64,000 bases of DNA from Acidobacteriota bacterium (GTDB taxonomy: Bacteria; Acidobacteriota; CAIWXX01), in NCBI GenBank assembly GCA_040755995.1, contig JBFMAF010000033.1:1-64000 (forward strand), given 5' to 3'. Numbering within the stretch: the first letter of the stretch is position 1; every line of letters starts with the position of its first letter. The translations under genes were made by a program, and so were the position numbers. Under the pieces are notes generated by a model. The model worked only from the letters and a program-made list of their open reading frames with translations, made no database searches and was not told the origin of the DNA. Of the stretch, positions 35,745 to 45,483 are shown one piece after another.

Positions 35745-38540
35745 CTACCTCACAGTGAAGCGATATGTCTTCGAGCGCGTGCGGCCGTGCTCGTTGTAAG
35801 CAGTCACACGCCAGTAGTAGGTGGTGCGGCGGTTCAGCCCCTTGAGCTCGTACTCAGTGCCGGTGATTCCGTTCACCTCTGCGAAGATCTTGCCCTTGCG
35901 TGAGCCTTCGCGCACTATCAGGTCGTATCCGTCGACACAGGAGCTTTGCCACTTGAGAGTCACCGTCGTGCGTGTTCTGCCGTGGTTCGCCGGGGAGATG
36001 AGCTCGGGCTTGTCCGGCGCGTCTTCGCACTCTCCGGGCGCGAGCGCCTTCGTCGGGCCCGCCCACTCGGATCCGCCCTCGTTCCTGACAGCCTCGACCT
36101 TGTAGTAGTAGGTCTCCGATGCGGTGATCGTCGTGTCGTTGAACGAGTAAGTCGCACCCTGGTGGGAGCTGCCTGTGGACTCGATGAGGTCGGCGTTCAA
36201 CTTGGTATACTCGCCGTTCCGGCTCGTGCTGCGCCATACGTTGAATCCGAGCACGTCCCTCTCCGTTTGAGTCTTCCATTCGACGTCGACCTGGGTTGGG
36301 CCGACGATCGTTGCCGTGAGCGATACGATGGTGGCAACAGTAGGTCCGTTCAGAGTCCATGTGCCGTTGCCGCTCACGCGCTTTACTACGATATAGCAGC
36401 CTTCGGTGGTGGATGCCGTATAGTCGATGCTTTCGTCGGTCCCCGACCCCGCGTTGGTGCTCGACGCTCGTATGACCGGGTTGCCTTTCGAATCGGGCGT
36501 GGCGGAATAGACGTACAGGTCGAAATCGGCCGTGGCCGGGACGTCCAATGTCAACACGGCCCTGTGCCCGGAGGTTAGGCTCGAGTACCTCCCCCAAGCG
36601 CGCCGGTCAAAGGCTCCGCCGTTGGTGGAGCCGTTGATGCTGCTTCCCGTGTACTGAAGCATCACCGCTTCGATCGCCGCGTCGGGATTGATCATCCCGT
36701 AGCCTTCGAATCTGTCCTTGGGCGTTGCCGCTCTGCCGAGGGTGGGATCAGAGCCCGAGCTTGCTTCACGGTTCGCGTTGCTCTCTGTCGCAGTGGCACA
36801 CAGGAGCATCTTGACCAGCAGGGGATGGGTGCTGGAGCTGAAACTCCAGGTCAAGCCCTTCTGCTGCAGCGCGTCAATCACAAGGGCGGCAGCACCTGCA
36901 GCGAATGGAGATGCCATGGAGGTTCCCTTGATGTTGTAATAGTCGTGCGCCGCCACGTCGGAGAAGCTGGTAGTCAACGCGTCGGCGTCGTTCGAATCCA
37001 CCGACAGTATGAGGGCGTAGTAGTCGGATCCTCCGGGCGCCATGACGTCCGGCTTGTTGTCCTCATCGGCTTCGGGGCTAAGAAAACCGCTGCTGGTGTA
37101 TTCGGTCAGCTCGTTAAGGGTATTGCCTGCGGCGACCGTGAGCGCCTTGGCTGCCCTTCCAGGATCATCCACGAGATTTGCGTTCGCAGTCCCGGGCCCA
37201 TCGTTTCCGGCGGAACAGACGGCCACTATGCCGTTATCGACCATCGTATTCACCTTGGTGCGCTGTGTAGTGCTGATGCCCGGGTCGCCGATCACCCCGA
37301 TGCTCATGTTGACTACCTTGATGTTGTGGGTGGTGCGCTGAGTCACCACATCGTCCATCGCCTCTCCGATATCGACGCCGCTTCCAGTTCCGGCGTTGGT
37401 GAACACCTTGAACCCCGCCCATCGGCAAGACGGCGCGACACCGCTCAAGGCGTTGAACCCATCTCCGACGACGGAGTAAGTCACCGTGTGAGCGCCGGCC
37501 CAATACGTATTGGTTCCGTTGGAATTCACCGTGCCCGTGTAGTGTGTCCCAGATGCTGCCGTGAAGTTGCTGGTCCAAGTGAGGGGCGAACTCCCTGATG
37601 TGCCGCTGATGAGAGTGTAGGGAGCGGCGTCGCCGTCAGGGTCGTACCGATGACGGACAAGGGTGGTCCCACCGCCGGCCCAGGTACCGACTGTCGTCCA
37701 TGCGATGCTTGAGCCCGCTGAGAGATGGATCGGGCTGGGTGAGTAGTACCCAGACGGTAAGCCGGTCCAATCGCCACTGTCGGTGAATCGAAGCTGTGTC
37801 GGCGTGGCGGCGATGGCGGCGCCGGTGCCCAGGGCGATGCCGGTGACATGGGTCCCATGCTGGATTATGTCCCTGGGATTCGCCTCGGCATCCGACGTCC
37901 AGTCCACCCAGTACTCCTGGCGTCCGTTGAGGTCGGTGTGTGAATCGTCGATGCCCGTGTCGATAACGCCTATGGTGATGTTCGAGTTGCCGTCGAAGCC
38001 GGCAGCACTTCCAGCGAAGCCCGATACCCAAACGGGCCTGACTCGGCCGTTCTGGGTTGCTTCCTTCAGGTGCAGCTCCGCTGGATGATCGCCGACCACC
38101 GCGACCAGATTCGCTCCCATGGCGGCGGGCAGTTGTTCCACGCTGCCGATGGCGATCCGGCCGTTCCAGCCGTAGCTGACGGATTGGTAGATATGCTCGA
38201 TGACACCGCCCATGGCAGTGAACCTGTTGATCTGATCCTGTGTGATCTGTTCCGCGAAGACGAGCTCGATACGGGCGATTTCCGCCAGTGCCTGAGTGCG
38301 TTCAGCGGGCTGTGCGAGCTTTCTCGCTGCGGAGAGCTTGTCATCTATCAGATCGTCGATCTTGTTGAGGTCCCGGTCGTCAGGCCCCAGGTCGGCGATA
38401 ATCGGTCTCACCGCGGGCTCGGGCGGAGCGACCAGTTCTTCAGGAGGCAGCGCCCGGTCAGCTGCCTGACCGACTAACGTGCCCGCGGAAATCAGAAATG
38501 AGAATGCGACAACGAAGAAGACGATTCGACGCTTGGTCAT
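35745..38540 (-). CDS. Secreted S8 (subtilisin-like) serine peptidase with PPC-like and FN3-like C-terminal domains
   Basis: Signal peptide; VIDTG (Asp), HGTHV (His), SAGNDG, GTSMASP (Ser); DFDLYVY; TYYWRV. Confidence 0.9.
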   Translation of the reverse strand: MTKRRIVFFVVAFSFLISAGTLVGQAADRALPPEELVAPPEPAVRPIIADLGPDDRDLNKIDDLIDDKLSAARKLAQPAERTQALAEIARIELVFAEQITQDQINRFTAMGGVIEHIYQSVSYGWNGRIAIGSVEQLPAAMGANLVAVVGDHPAELHLKEATQNGRVRPVWVSGFAGSAAGFDGNSNITIGVIDTGIDDSHTDLNGRQEYWVDWTSDAEANPRDIIQHGTHVTGIALGTGAAIAATPTQLRFTDSGDWTGLPSGYYSPSPIHLSAGSSIAWTTVGTWAGGGTTLVRHRYDPDGDAAPYTLISGTSGSSPLTWTSNFTAASGTHYTGTVNSNGTNTYWAGAHTVTYSVVGDGFNALSGVAPSCRWAGFKVFTNAGTGSGVDIGEAMDDVVTQRTTHNIKVVNMSIGVIGDPGISTTQRTKVNTMVDNGIVAVCSAGNDGPGTANANLVDDPGRAAKALTVAAGNTLNELTEYTSSGFLSPEADEDNKPDVMAPGGSDYYALILSVDSNDADALTTSFSDVAAHDYYNIKGTSMASPFAAGAAALVIDALQQKGLTWSFSSSTHPLLVKMLLCATATESNANREASSGSDPTLGRAATPKDRFEGYGMINPDAAIEAVMLQYTGSSINGSTNGGAFDRRAWGRYSSLTSGHRAVLTLDVPATADFDLYVYSATPDSKGNPVIRASSTNAGSGTDESIDYTASTTEGCYIVVKRVSGNGTWTLNGPTVATIVSLTATIVGPTQVDVEWKTQTERDVLGFNVWRSTSRNGEYTKLNADLIESTGSSHQGATYSFNDTTITASETYYYKVEAVRNEGGSEWAGPTKALAPGECEDAPDKPELISPANHGRTRTTVTLKWQSSCVDGYDLIVREGSRKGKIFAEVNGITGTEYELKGLNRRTTYYWRVTAYNEHGRTRSKTYRFTVR

Positions 38541-38775
38541 GCCCCTCACCCTCCTGTCGGAAGCCCGTGACCGATGGCCGGAGAACGCATGTCTTCCAGT
38601 CGATGCGGTCGCCCGTTTTTTCGATCAACACTGTACTTATTTAAGAGCAATGGGCCGCACCAAGTCAAGTTCTGTTTCAGTGCTTCATGTGCGTGGCATG
38701 TTTGTGATCTATGTGTGATAGACTGCCGGTCGGTGCGCGGGGGAGCTAGCCCGGCGGCCTCGCGCAGAAATGGGT

Positions 38776-39030
38776 ATGGCGAACTCTTACACTACCAGAG
38801 AAATCGGCTCCGAATTGCTTCTGTATGATGCCGAGACTGATGAGGTGCACGTTCTCAATGCCACCGCGCGGCTGGTTTACGAATTGCACCAGATGGGGAG
38901 CACGCCGGCCCAGATTGGAGAGGTTCTCAGGAGTCGGTTCTCCCTGGGCGAAGAAGTCGACGTCCTCGGCGACGTCGTGGGTTGCCTCGACGAGCTGCGG
39001 AAAAAGGGCATGATCGCGTCCGAGGCGTAG
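38776..39030 (+). CDS. PqqD-family protein (RiPP recognition element)
   Basis: E.LLYD.....VHVLNATA..VYEL......I...L..RF......DV...L.EL...GMI. Confidence 0.85.
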   Translation: MANSYTTREIGSELLLYDAETDEVHVLNATARLVYELHQMGSTPAQIGEVLRSRFSLGEEVDVLGDVVGCLDELRKKGMIASEA

Positions 39031-39080
39031 GATCGCGGCCCCGCGAGACTACTGCCGCGCCGGCCCGGCGCCGAGGTCGA

Positions 39081-39542
39081 TCAGGAGCTGAGAGCCCTGC
39101 GGCAGCGGCTTGCTGAAGCCAGCGCTCCAGCCCACACTAGGCTCATCAGTGCAAGCATCGGATTCAACCATCTCCACGGTATGGCCCGCATCCTGAGTAT
39201 CCGGTCTCCCCTGTGGATGGCATCGACCGTGCCGACTACGCGATCTGCGTCCACCCAGCTCCACCCGTGCTGATTATCTCCCCTCTGGCAGACGCGCAGC
39301 GCGCCGCTCGTTCTCGATTTTCGGACGAGCCGGTGGACAACGAGGCTCCCATCGTTCCAGAAGGCGAGGATATCGCCTCTGCTAGGCTCCTCGGGATGCA
39401 CCAGCCGGATGTCCACGTGGTCGCCCGGCCGGATCAGCGGCCACATGCTCCGCCCCGCGACAGGCACCGAGACCATCCTCTGCGCGTCTCGATAGCTCCG
39501 CAGAATGGGCAGCGCGTACTGAACCGGGCTCTCTTCGCGCAT
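39081..39542 (-). CDS. S24/S26 signal-peptidase-like protein (Ser-His type)
   Basis: GRSMWPLI.PGD, GDI, VVHRL, RGDN. Confidence 0.85.
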   Translation of the reverse strand: MREESPVQYALPILRSYRDAQRMVSVPVAGRSMWPLIRPGDHVDIRLVHPEEPSRGDILAFWNDGSLVVHRLVRKSRTSGALRVCQRGDNQHGWSWVDADRVVGTVDAIHRGDRILRMRAIPWRWLNPMLALMSLVWAGALASASRCRRALSS

Positions 39543-39547
39543 CCTAC

Positions 39548-42367
39548 CTAGTCCCTGCGCTTGACGGCCAGCTCGGTGGCCGTGTCTCCGAGAAGCGTGA
39601 AAGTCTTCACCAGGTCCTCGGTGGCACCTCGAGCGTACGCCTTGATCCTCGATTGCGTCGTGATCTGGCCGAGGCCCTTCCGCCCCTGTTCGAATATCGA
39701 CGAGAAGACCTCTTCTCCGAGGAAGCTGTGTTCCCAGGAGTACCCCAGACCTGTAGGCGCGAAGCTCGCGACGGCGCCCTTGCTGTGCGCCACCACGAAT
39801 TCCTCTCCGAGCGAGTCGTAGTACGGATTGGAGAAGTACCCGTTCAGGCAGTCCAGGGTCATCACGAAGGTGAGGTGATCGTTGTTCTGGAGCGATGCCA
39901 CGTCGGCCGAATCGAAAAGCCCCTCTCCCGTCCAGATCGTGACATTGGCATGCCCGACATAGTTAGTGATCACCACCCCTGAGTCGATATTCGCGATGAT
40001 ATCCTGTGTCGCCTGAGCCGTCGACGAGTATGAGCCCAGATACACCCTGCGCGGCTCATATCGAGAGGGCAAGAGGCCGATCAGCGTCTCGTTGATCTGC
40101 TCGAAAACGGACTCGTAGTTGTCTGCGGCGAAGAGCGCTGTCTTTGGCATCGAATCCGCGGCGGCCTGATAGCCGGATACCTTTCGCACGAGCGAATCGG
40201 CCGAAGAAGCGTCCTTGGCGGACAATCTTCCGATGAACATGTCCGGGAGCGAGTCGTTTCCGTCCACCGCGACATACCAGTTGTCATCGGGTGTTATGCC
40301 CAGCTCGGAGGTGATGGACAGATGCACCGGCACCAAGTTCTTGGCGCCCGTGAGGAAGTAGTCCCTGTAGTCGGTGTTCGCGTCCCCGAGTAGAACCACG
40401 TGGGTTGGCGCGGGCTTTCTCCACCTGCGATAAGCATTGGCGAGGAAATCCTTGATGGCCTGTGGATTGAAGATGCCATAGTTGAACTCGTTGTAGATGT
40501 CATCGACGACCACCGACACGGTTCTCAGCCCCTGTTTCTTCCGCAGCTCGCACAACCGATCTGCTGCCGACTTGAAGCCGCGGGGCGATATCACGATGTA
40601 GTCCGCGCTGTTCCTCCGCGACTTCAAGTTCGTCGCGCGCCAGAATGTGACCTCGTCCGGAACCCGCCGGCTCGCCTGCGCAGCCGCCCAATATCTCTTC
40701 TGTCCCGCGAGGTCTGTCTCGAACGATACCTTGGACGCCCGGCCCGCCGCTCCAATCTGCAGCCCAGTCACCTCTTTGACGTCACGGGGGTCGCTGATGT
40801 CGAAAACCGTGGCGTCCGGACTGAGGTTGGCAACTTCGAGGAGATACCGTCCTGCGCCTTCGACCGTAAACGCCAACTGATCTCCGACCGCCTCAAAGCG
40901 CCGTTTGTATACAACCTCGATCCAGTTGAGCAGAACCTGATCAGTCGACGCACCGGGGTCCTTGATGAGCTGAACAGTCAGCGTATTGGCCCCACCGAGC
41001 AGCAACGCCGAGGTCGCGGTCATCTCCTGAGTGTGGGCTATGGTGCCAGCCCAGTATTCGTCGCTCAACAGCGTTCCGTTCAGCGACACCTGGGTATGGT
41101 GCACACCCGTGCTGTAGCCCCGATAGCAGACCCGCACGATTGCCCCGTAGGCTTCAGCGGCCGGCCCAGGTACTTGAAGACCGTAATTCTTCGTCGCCTG
41201 CGACGTGATTCGTTCCCAGAACCAGTAGTCCTCTTCGGTCGCCCCCGGCGTGCCTTCCCACACCCTGTGATTCTCTTCGACGTGAAGCGTGTCCCAGAAG
41301 GAGCCCAACGGCGTGCCGAGGCCCGTCACAGAGCCGTCCACTGTGTCCATCCTGGTTCCGGAATTCCCACCCCATTGGAGCCAATAGACGTTCGTGTCCG
41401 TGAATTGATCGTCCAGTCTCTCGGCGTAGAACTCCAGGTAGTCCCCGTTCCGGAACTTGCTCGAAGACCGGCTCACCAGCTTGAATGCCACCTCGTTCCC
41501 CTTGTTGGTGAGGCGGAAACTGGAAGGATTGATGCGCCTGGCGATTACGCCAGCGTTCCTGAGATCTCCATAGCCAACTCTGTAGATACCGGCCTGCTTG
41601 ACTCCGATCTTCAGCGCGTCGGCGAGCGGCCGCGACTCGTCTGTCTCGGAGCCCGGTTCGAGACCGGGCGCCGGCGCGGAGAGATCCGCGGCATCGTAAT
41701 TGATCACAGCATCATCCAGCAGCTGCTCAAATGCGCCATCGGCGCTCGGCGTTGGCGCGGCAGCAGGCTGGTGCGGCCCGGGGCCGAACGAGACTTCCAC
41801 TAGCATTCTCTGCGACACGCGGAGCTCCCTCGTGGATGGATTCCACTGGATGGGGTACATGGTCACCCTGCGAACGGGCACCCCGCGCAGCCATTGCACA
41901 TCCGAGACATCTGCAGTCTTTCCCGGGTAGAAATCCGGCTGGCCATATACCGATGCGTCTCGCACATGCTCTGTAAGCACGGCGCCCTTCTCACCCAGCC
42001 TCAGGCGCGGTACCGAGCCGACCTCCTGATCGGGGTAGGACTCATGGCCCTGCTCGACAACGTGCAGCACAGCCTCGCTATCGGGCGGGACCCGGATCAG
42101 GACGCTTCGTACGGGGAGGTCGGGATGGCCGGGTGTGGCCACCGAAGCCCAGCCCTCTACTCGGACCTTCTGATACGGGCTTCCGCCGGCGTCATAGAGA
42201 GTGTCTGATTCGACGCGCGGCGTCGCAAGCTCGATCGTCAATCCCGATTCTGTCTCCGAGAGCAGCCGCACGTCTTCATCGGCGAGCAGAGGATACGCAA
42301 CCATCGCAGCCGCTGCCAGCTGAGCAACCGCGAGCGTCTTGAGATTATCGATTCGCACATGTGTCAT
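39548..42367 (-). CDS. C25 (gingipain-like) cysteine peptidase with propeptide
   Basis: Signal peptide; PG.PDLP propeptide; ADYIVI, IYNEF, HVVLLGD, PDMFIGRL, NYVGH (His), LDCLNG (Cys), LLGD. Confidence 0.85.
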   Translation of the reverse strand: MTHVRIDNLKTLAVAQLAAAAMVAYPLLADEDVRLLSETESGLTIELATPRVESDTLYDAGGSPYQKVRVEGWASVATPGHPDLPVRSVLIRVPPDSEAVLHVVEQGHESYPDQEVGSVPRLRLGEKGAVLTEHVRDASVYGQPDFYPGKTADVSDVQWLRGVPVRRVTMYPIQWNPSTRELRVSQRMLVEVSFGPGPHQPAAAPTPSADGAFEQLLDDAVINYDAADLSAPAPGLEPGSETDESRPLADALKIGVKQAGIYRVGYGDLRNAGVIARRINPSSFRLTNKGNEVAFKLVSRSSSKFRNGDYLEFYAERLDDQFTDTNVYWLQWGGNSGTRMDTVDGSVTGLGTPLGSFWDTLHVEENHRVWEGTPGATEEDYWFWERITSQATKNYGLQVPGPAAEAYGAIVRVCYRGYSTGVHHTQVSLNGTLLSDEYWAGTIAHTQEMTATSALLLGGANTLTVQLIKDPGASTDQVLLNWIEVVYKRRFEAVGDQLAFTVEGAGRYLLEVANLSPDATVFDISDPRDVKEVTGLQIGAAGRASKVSFETDLAGQKRYWAAAQASRRVPDEVTFWRATNLKSRRNSADYIVISPRGFKSAADRLCELRKKQGLRTVSVVVDDIYNEFNYGIFNPQAIKDFLANAYRRWRKPAPTHVVLLGDANTDYRDYFLTGAKNLVPVHLSITSELGITPDDNWYVAVDGNDSLPDMFIGRLSAKDASSADSLVRKVSGYQAAADSMPKTALFAADNYESVFEQINETLIGLLPSRYEPRRVYLGSYSSTAQATQDIIANIDSGVVITNYVGHANVTIWTGEGLFDSADVASLQNNDHLTFVMTLDCLNGYFSNPYYDSLGEEFVVAHSKGAVASFAPTGLGYSWEHSFLGEEVFSSIFEQGRKGLGQITTQSRIKAYARGATEDLVKTFTLLGDTATELAVKRRD

Positions 42368-43514
42368 GACTGTCCATCCAATCCAGGGTACTCAGTACTG
42401 ATTCTACTTCAAGATCAAGCCTGCCGGGCGAGAGCCGGTAGCTCCGGACGCCCTCCAGCAGAGCGTTCAGCTCCATGAAAAGCTTGCCGGGCTTGCGCCC
42501 ATCACCTGTGAAGTGGGCCGCAGTCTCCCTCTTCATCTCGCGAAGCAGATAGAAGCAAGCCTCGTCGTTCCGCATCCGAGACAGCACCGGCATTCGGTCG
42601 AAGTCGTGAGCACTACTGGTGACTCGATGAGCGTCCCAGATGTCATCTCTGTGTCTTTCCAGAATCGCGGAAATCCGCCTCGTCGACTCCGGACTCCGGG
42701 CGTAGCGTATCTGATACTCGTTTCCCCATTCGTCCCTTTCGACGACAATCACATGGTCCAGCGCGGCGAGCTCGGAGAGAATCGGCGCTTCCTTCCCGAT
42801 TCGAATTGCCATTCGAAGCTCTTCCTCACGCGCCGGCTCCTCAGCCGGCATGAGACAGATCAGCGATCTCAAACGGCAGGCCTCACGCACGAGCGGCAGC
42901 TCCAGCTCGTCGGGTTTCATGGGTGTCTTGTCACGGCGAGCGGCAGACTCATCTGGCACCCTGCTTCCGCGGTCGCCGGCGATCACATCCCTCGACCTTA
43001 TCCAAAGCCCTCGCGGAAACGGATGCACCAATCGCGTCTTCCTGTTGATCGGGGCGAAATCGTCCGAGAGGAAACCGAACCCGTTCTCCACAAGCCTCAA
43101 GGCCAGGGTTGTCTTGCCCGATCCGGGCGGCCCGCTGATCGCGATCGCCTCGCGTTCCCTCGCTACTACTGCTGCATGCAAGATGAGGTAATCGGAAGCA
43201 GCGCCCAGGACCGCCCTGCTGATGTTCTGGAATACGTAGGCCGCAGGGAAAGGCCGCCCGTCTCTCGGGCAGGGCGTTCCGTTGATCTTGAGGAATGCGG
43301 CGCTCGGGGACCGTTTCGATTCGAACGACAGCGAAATCTGAGGCTCGCCAGAGAGGCACGGCAGCGCACAGAAGCCGTACTCCTGATCGAGCCGCTCCAG
43401 GAGGGGAACCGAATCTGAGCGGATCTCGACTGAGACGTCCAAAACCCGGTAACACCTTGACGCCCCACTGCGCTCAGAAGGCGTCGGCCGAGCCTCGCCT
43501 GATACAGCGCGCAT
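42345..43514 (-). CDS. HPr kinase-related P-loop protein
   Basis: LHAAVV, GPPGSGKTT, FLSDD, PFPR. Confidence 0.8.
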   Translation of the reverse strand: MRAVSGEARPTPSERSGASRCYRVLDVSVEIRSDSVPLLERLDQEYGFCALPCLSGEPQISLSFESKRSPSAAFLKINGTPCPRDGRPFPAAYVFQNISRAVLGAASDYLILHAAVVAREREAIAISGPPGSGKTTLALRLVENGFGFLSDDFAPINRKTRLVHPFPRGLWIRSRDVIAGDRGSRVPDESAARRDKTPMKPDELELPLVREACRLRSLICLMPAEEPAREEELRMAIRIGKEAPILSELAALDHVIVVERDEWGNEYQIRYARSPESTRRISAILERHRDDIWDAHRVTSSAHDFDRMPVLSRMRNDEACFYLLREMKRETAAHFTGDGRKPGKLFMELNALLEGVRSYRLSPGRLDLEVESVLSTLDWMDSHDTCANR

Positions 43515-43516
43515 GC

Positions 43517-44875
43517 CTAGTCCGCCGAAGACGCGCGATCGAACTTGTCGAGGATCCGGTCAAACGCGAGCTGGTAGGCCCGCCTGCGATAGTTGCAGAA
43601 GGCGTCAGTTTCGAAGATTGTCCCGTGGTTGTCCAGCGCCTGTCCCATGCATCCCGCCTGGCACAAGTTCTTCCACGTACACGGCCGGCACCTTTCTATG
43701 GTATTCCGACGGCTAGCGAGTGCCTTGCAGGTCTCCATCATCTTCGGTGAACGAATCAAGCGGGAGGTGCCGTCATCGATCACGTTTCCCAGCTTGAATT
43801 CGTCCCGCATCATCAGCACGCAAGGGAACGCATCACTATCGACCCCGATGACCAGGGAGTTGCCGACCGGGCACCAGATCCCATCGCTTGTGTCGGGTTG
43901 GGGCATCTTCAAGATGAAGCCGCTCAAGCCGCAAGTCACCGCCACAGAGCAGGCCGCGTCTCTCGTACCAGGCCGGCTGAGGTCGAACAGACTCTCATAG
44001 TCTTCGATCTGCATAGAAGCCCCCACCGATTGCCAATGCTTCTCAGCATTCCCGACCTTCCTCAGGGGGAGGAATCTGACTCTCGGGATCCCGAGACGTT
44101 CTGCCAGGCCGACGATACGCTTCTGGTCATGGAGATTCTGCTTCATGACGGTCGCGGCCAGCGTGATCATATCTCCCAGGCCGGCATTCTGGAGACTTTC
44201 CAGCGCCTGCATTGTTCGCTTGAAACTGCCGCGGCCCCGGATGGCATCGTTTGTCTCTTCGTCCGATCCGTCGAGACTTACCTGGATGGCCGGCCTGATC
44301 TCACCGGCAAGGAAGGAGGCCCAATCTTCGTCGATCTGAGTACCGTTCGTGAGTATCTGTATGCCTGTCTTCCCCACCGCGTGTTTCAGGATAGGTACGA
44401 TATCAGGATGGAGCAGCGGTTCGCCTCCGCTCAGCGTAACGAGCTCGCCTCCCTCCTCCGCGAGCTCGTCGATCAGTCTGATGACCACGGCCGCCGGAAG
44501 GTCGGCATTCGAACGGGACGGATAGTAGCAATGCTGGCATGGAAGGTTGCACCGTGTGGTCAGATGGATGAAGAGAGCCAGCAGACTTGGTGACCTCGAT
44601 GGCGCAGTCGTGTCGCAAGGCGTGAAGCCACACCTTTCGAGTTGCAAGGCAACCGCTCGCACATCTTGGTGTGCCACGTCTGGAGGCAACTCGTACCTGT
44701 CGCTCAAGCAGAGAGCCACGTCCTCCGGCGGCTCGCCGCGCATGAGTCGCTGCGCGATCTCTGTCGCGCTGTGATTGGCGACAAACCACTCCGGGCGATG
44801 CGGATGCAGAATGACCTCGCTCCCGCCTCGTCTCTCGCTCCCCGTCCGAGGCGGATAGAGCAGAGGGCGCGCCAT
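43517..44875 (-). CDS. Radical SAM/SPASM peptide maturase with N-terminal RRE-like domain
   Basis: CNLPCQHC, SGGEP, TNG, SLDG; SPASM CPVG...PC...CRPC....LCQAGC...C; N-terminal N.SA.EI...L..RY......DV...L; ATG 44875 preferred. Confidence 0.9.
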   Translation of the reverse strand: MARPLLYPPRTGSERRGGSEVILHPHRPEWFVANHSATEIAQRLMRGEPPEDVALCLSDRYELPPDVAHQDVRAVALQLERCGFTPCDTTAPSRSPSLLALFIHLTTRCNLPCQHCYYPSRSNADLPAAVVIRLIDELAEEGGELVTLSGGEPLLHPDIVPILKHAVGKTGIQILTNGTQIDEDWASFLAGEIRPAIQVSLDGSDEETNDAIRGRGSFKRTMQALESLQNAGLGDMITLAATVMKQNLHDQKRIVGLAERLGIPRVRFLPLRKVGNAEKHWQSVGASMQIEDYESLFDLSRPGTRDAACSVAVTCGLSGFILKMPQPDTSDGIWCPVGNSLVIGVDSDAFPCVLMMRDEFKLGNVIDDGTSRLIRSPKMMETCKALASRRNTIERCRPCTWKNLCQAGCMGQALDNHGTIFETDAFCNYRRRAYQLAFDRILDKFDRASSAD

Positions 44876-44880
44876 GGAGC

Positions 44881-45096
44881 TCAACCGGGCCTGGGTCTCC
44901 GCTTGTACTTTCGCTGATAGGGTGTAGCAGGGTTGAGTGTGCAGGTCGGAGAGCCGGTGCATGCCAGGGCAGGTCCGATCTGCTCCAGGATCTGCTCGCT
45001 CGTGTACGTTACGATTCTCGGTGCGACATACTTGGGCGGGTCCTGCTCGATCTCTTTTTCAGCATGAGTGCATTCACGCGGATCATCTGGAATCAT
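44881..45096 (-). CDS. Putative RiPP precursor peptide (71 aa)
   Basis: GGGGAGGG RBS; YVAPRI matches the YxxPx(L/I) RRE-binding leader motif; Cys/Thr/Ser core CTGSPTCT; stop 5 nt before the radical SAM start. Confidence 0.75.
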   Translation of the reverse strand: MIPDDPRECTHAEKEIEQDPPKYVAPRIVTYTSEQILEQIGPALACTGSPTCTLNPATPYQRKYKRRPRPG

Positions 45097-45483
45097 CTTC
45101 CCTCCCCACTATCCTATTCCCCGGGAACCCAGCCCGTATTCTGCACCAAGCGGAGGATTTTTTCCAGAGGGTCATTCATTTCATTTCGATGATCGATTCA
45201 TCCGTGTGGACACCCGCCGGTTTCCAGTCGTGGCGGAGAATGGCGGGAATCGTCCTGATTCCGCGTTTGCACTAGTGGGAACGAAACACAGGTGTGGGGA
45301 GAAGCAGGCAGAAATCCGGCGGCGCAACGTGGGTCTAGCGCGCGCGATCGGTTGTCGAAGAAAAGAGTGGCGCGTTCGACAGCGTTGGCGCTCGATGTGT
45401 ACTGTGAGAGGCACATCGGGAGACGAGCCAATCCGGCCGAACAACATCCAGGTGATGCAAGCCTGGCATAGAAGGAGGAGCAC

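Noticed and set aside
44876..44962. Longer start of the SPASM radical SAM at 44962
   Set aside because: It overlaps the precursor ORF; ATG 44875 directly follows the precursor stop
38776..45096. Lasso peptide cluster
   Set aside because: The leader motif and kinase are lasso-like, but there is no asparagine-synthetase-like cyclase and the core has no Asp/Glu for ring closure
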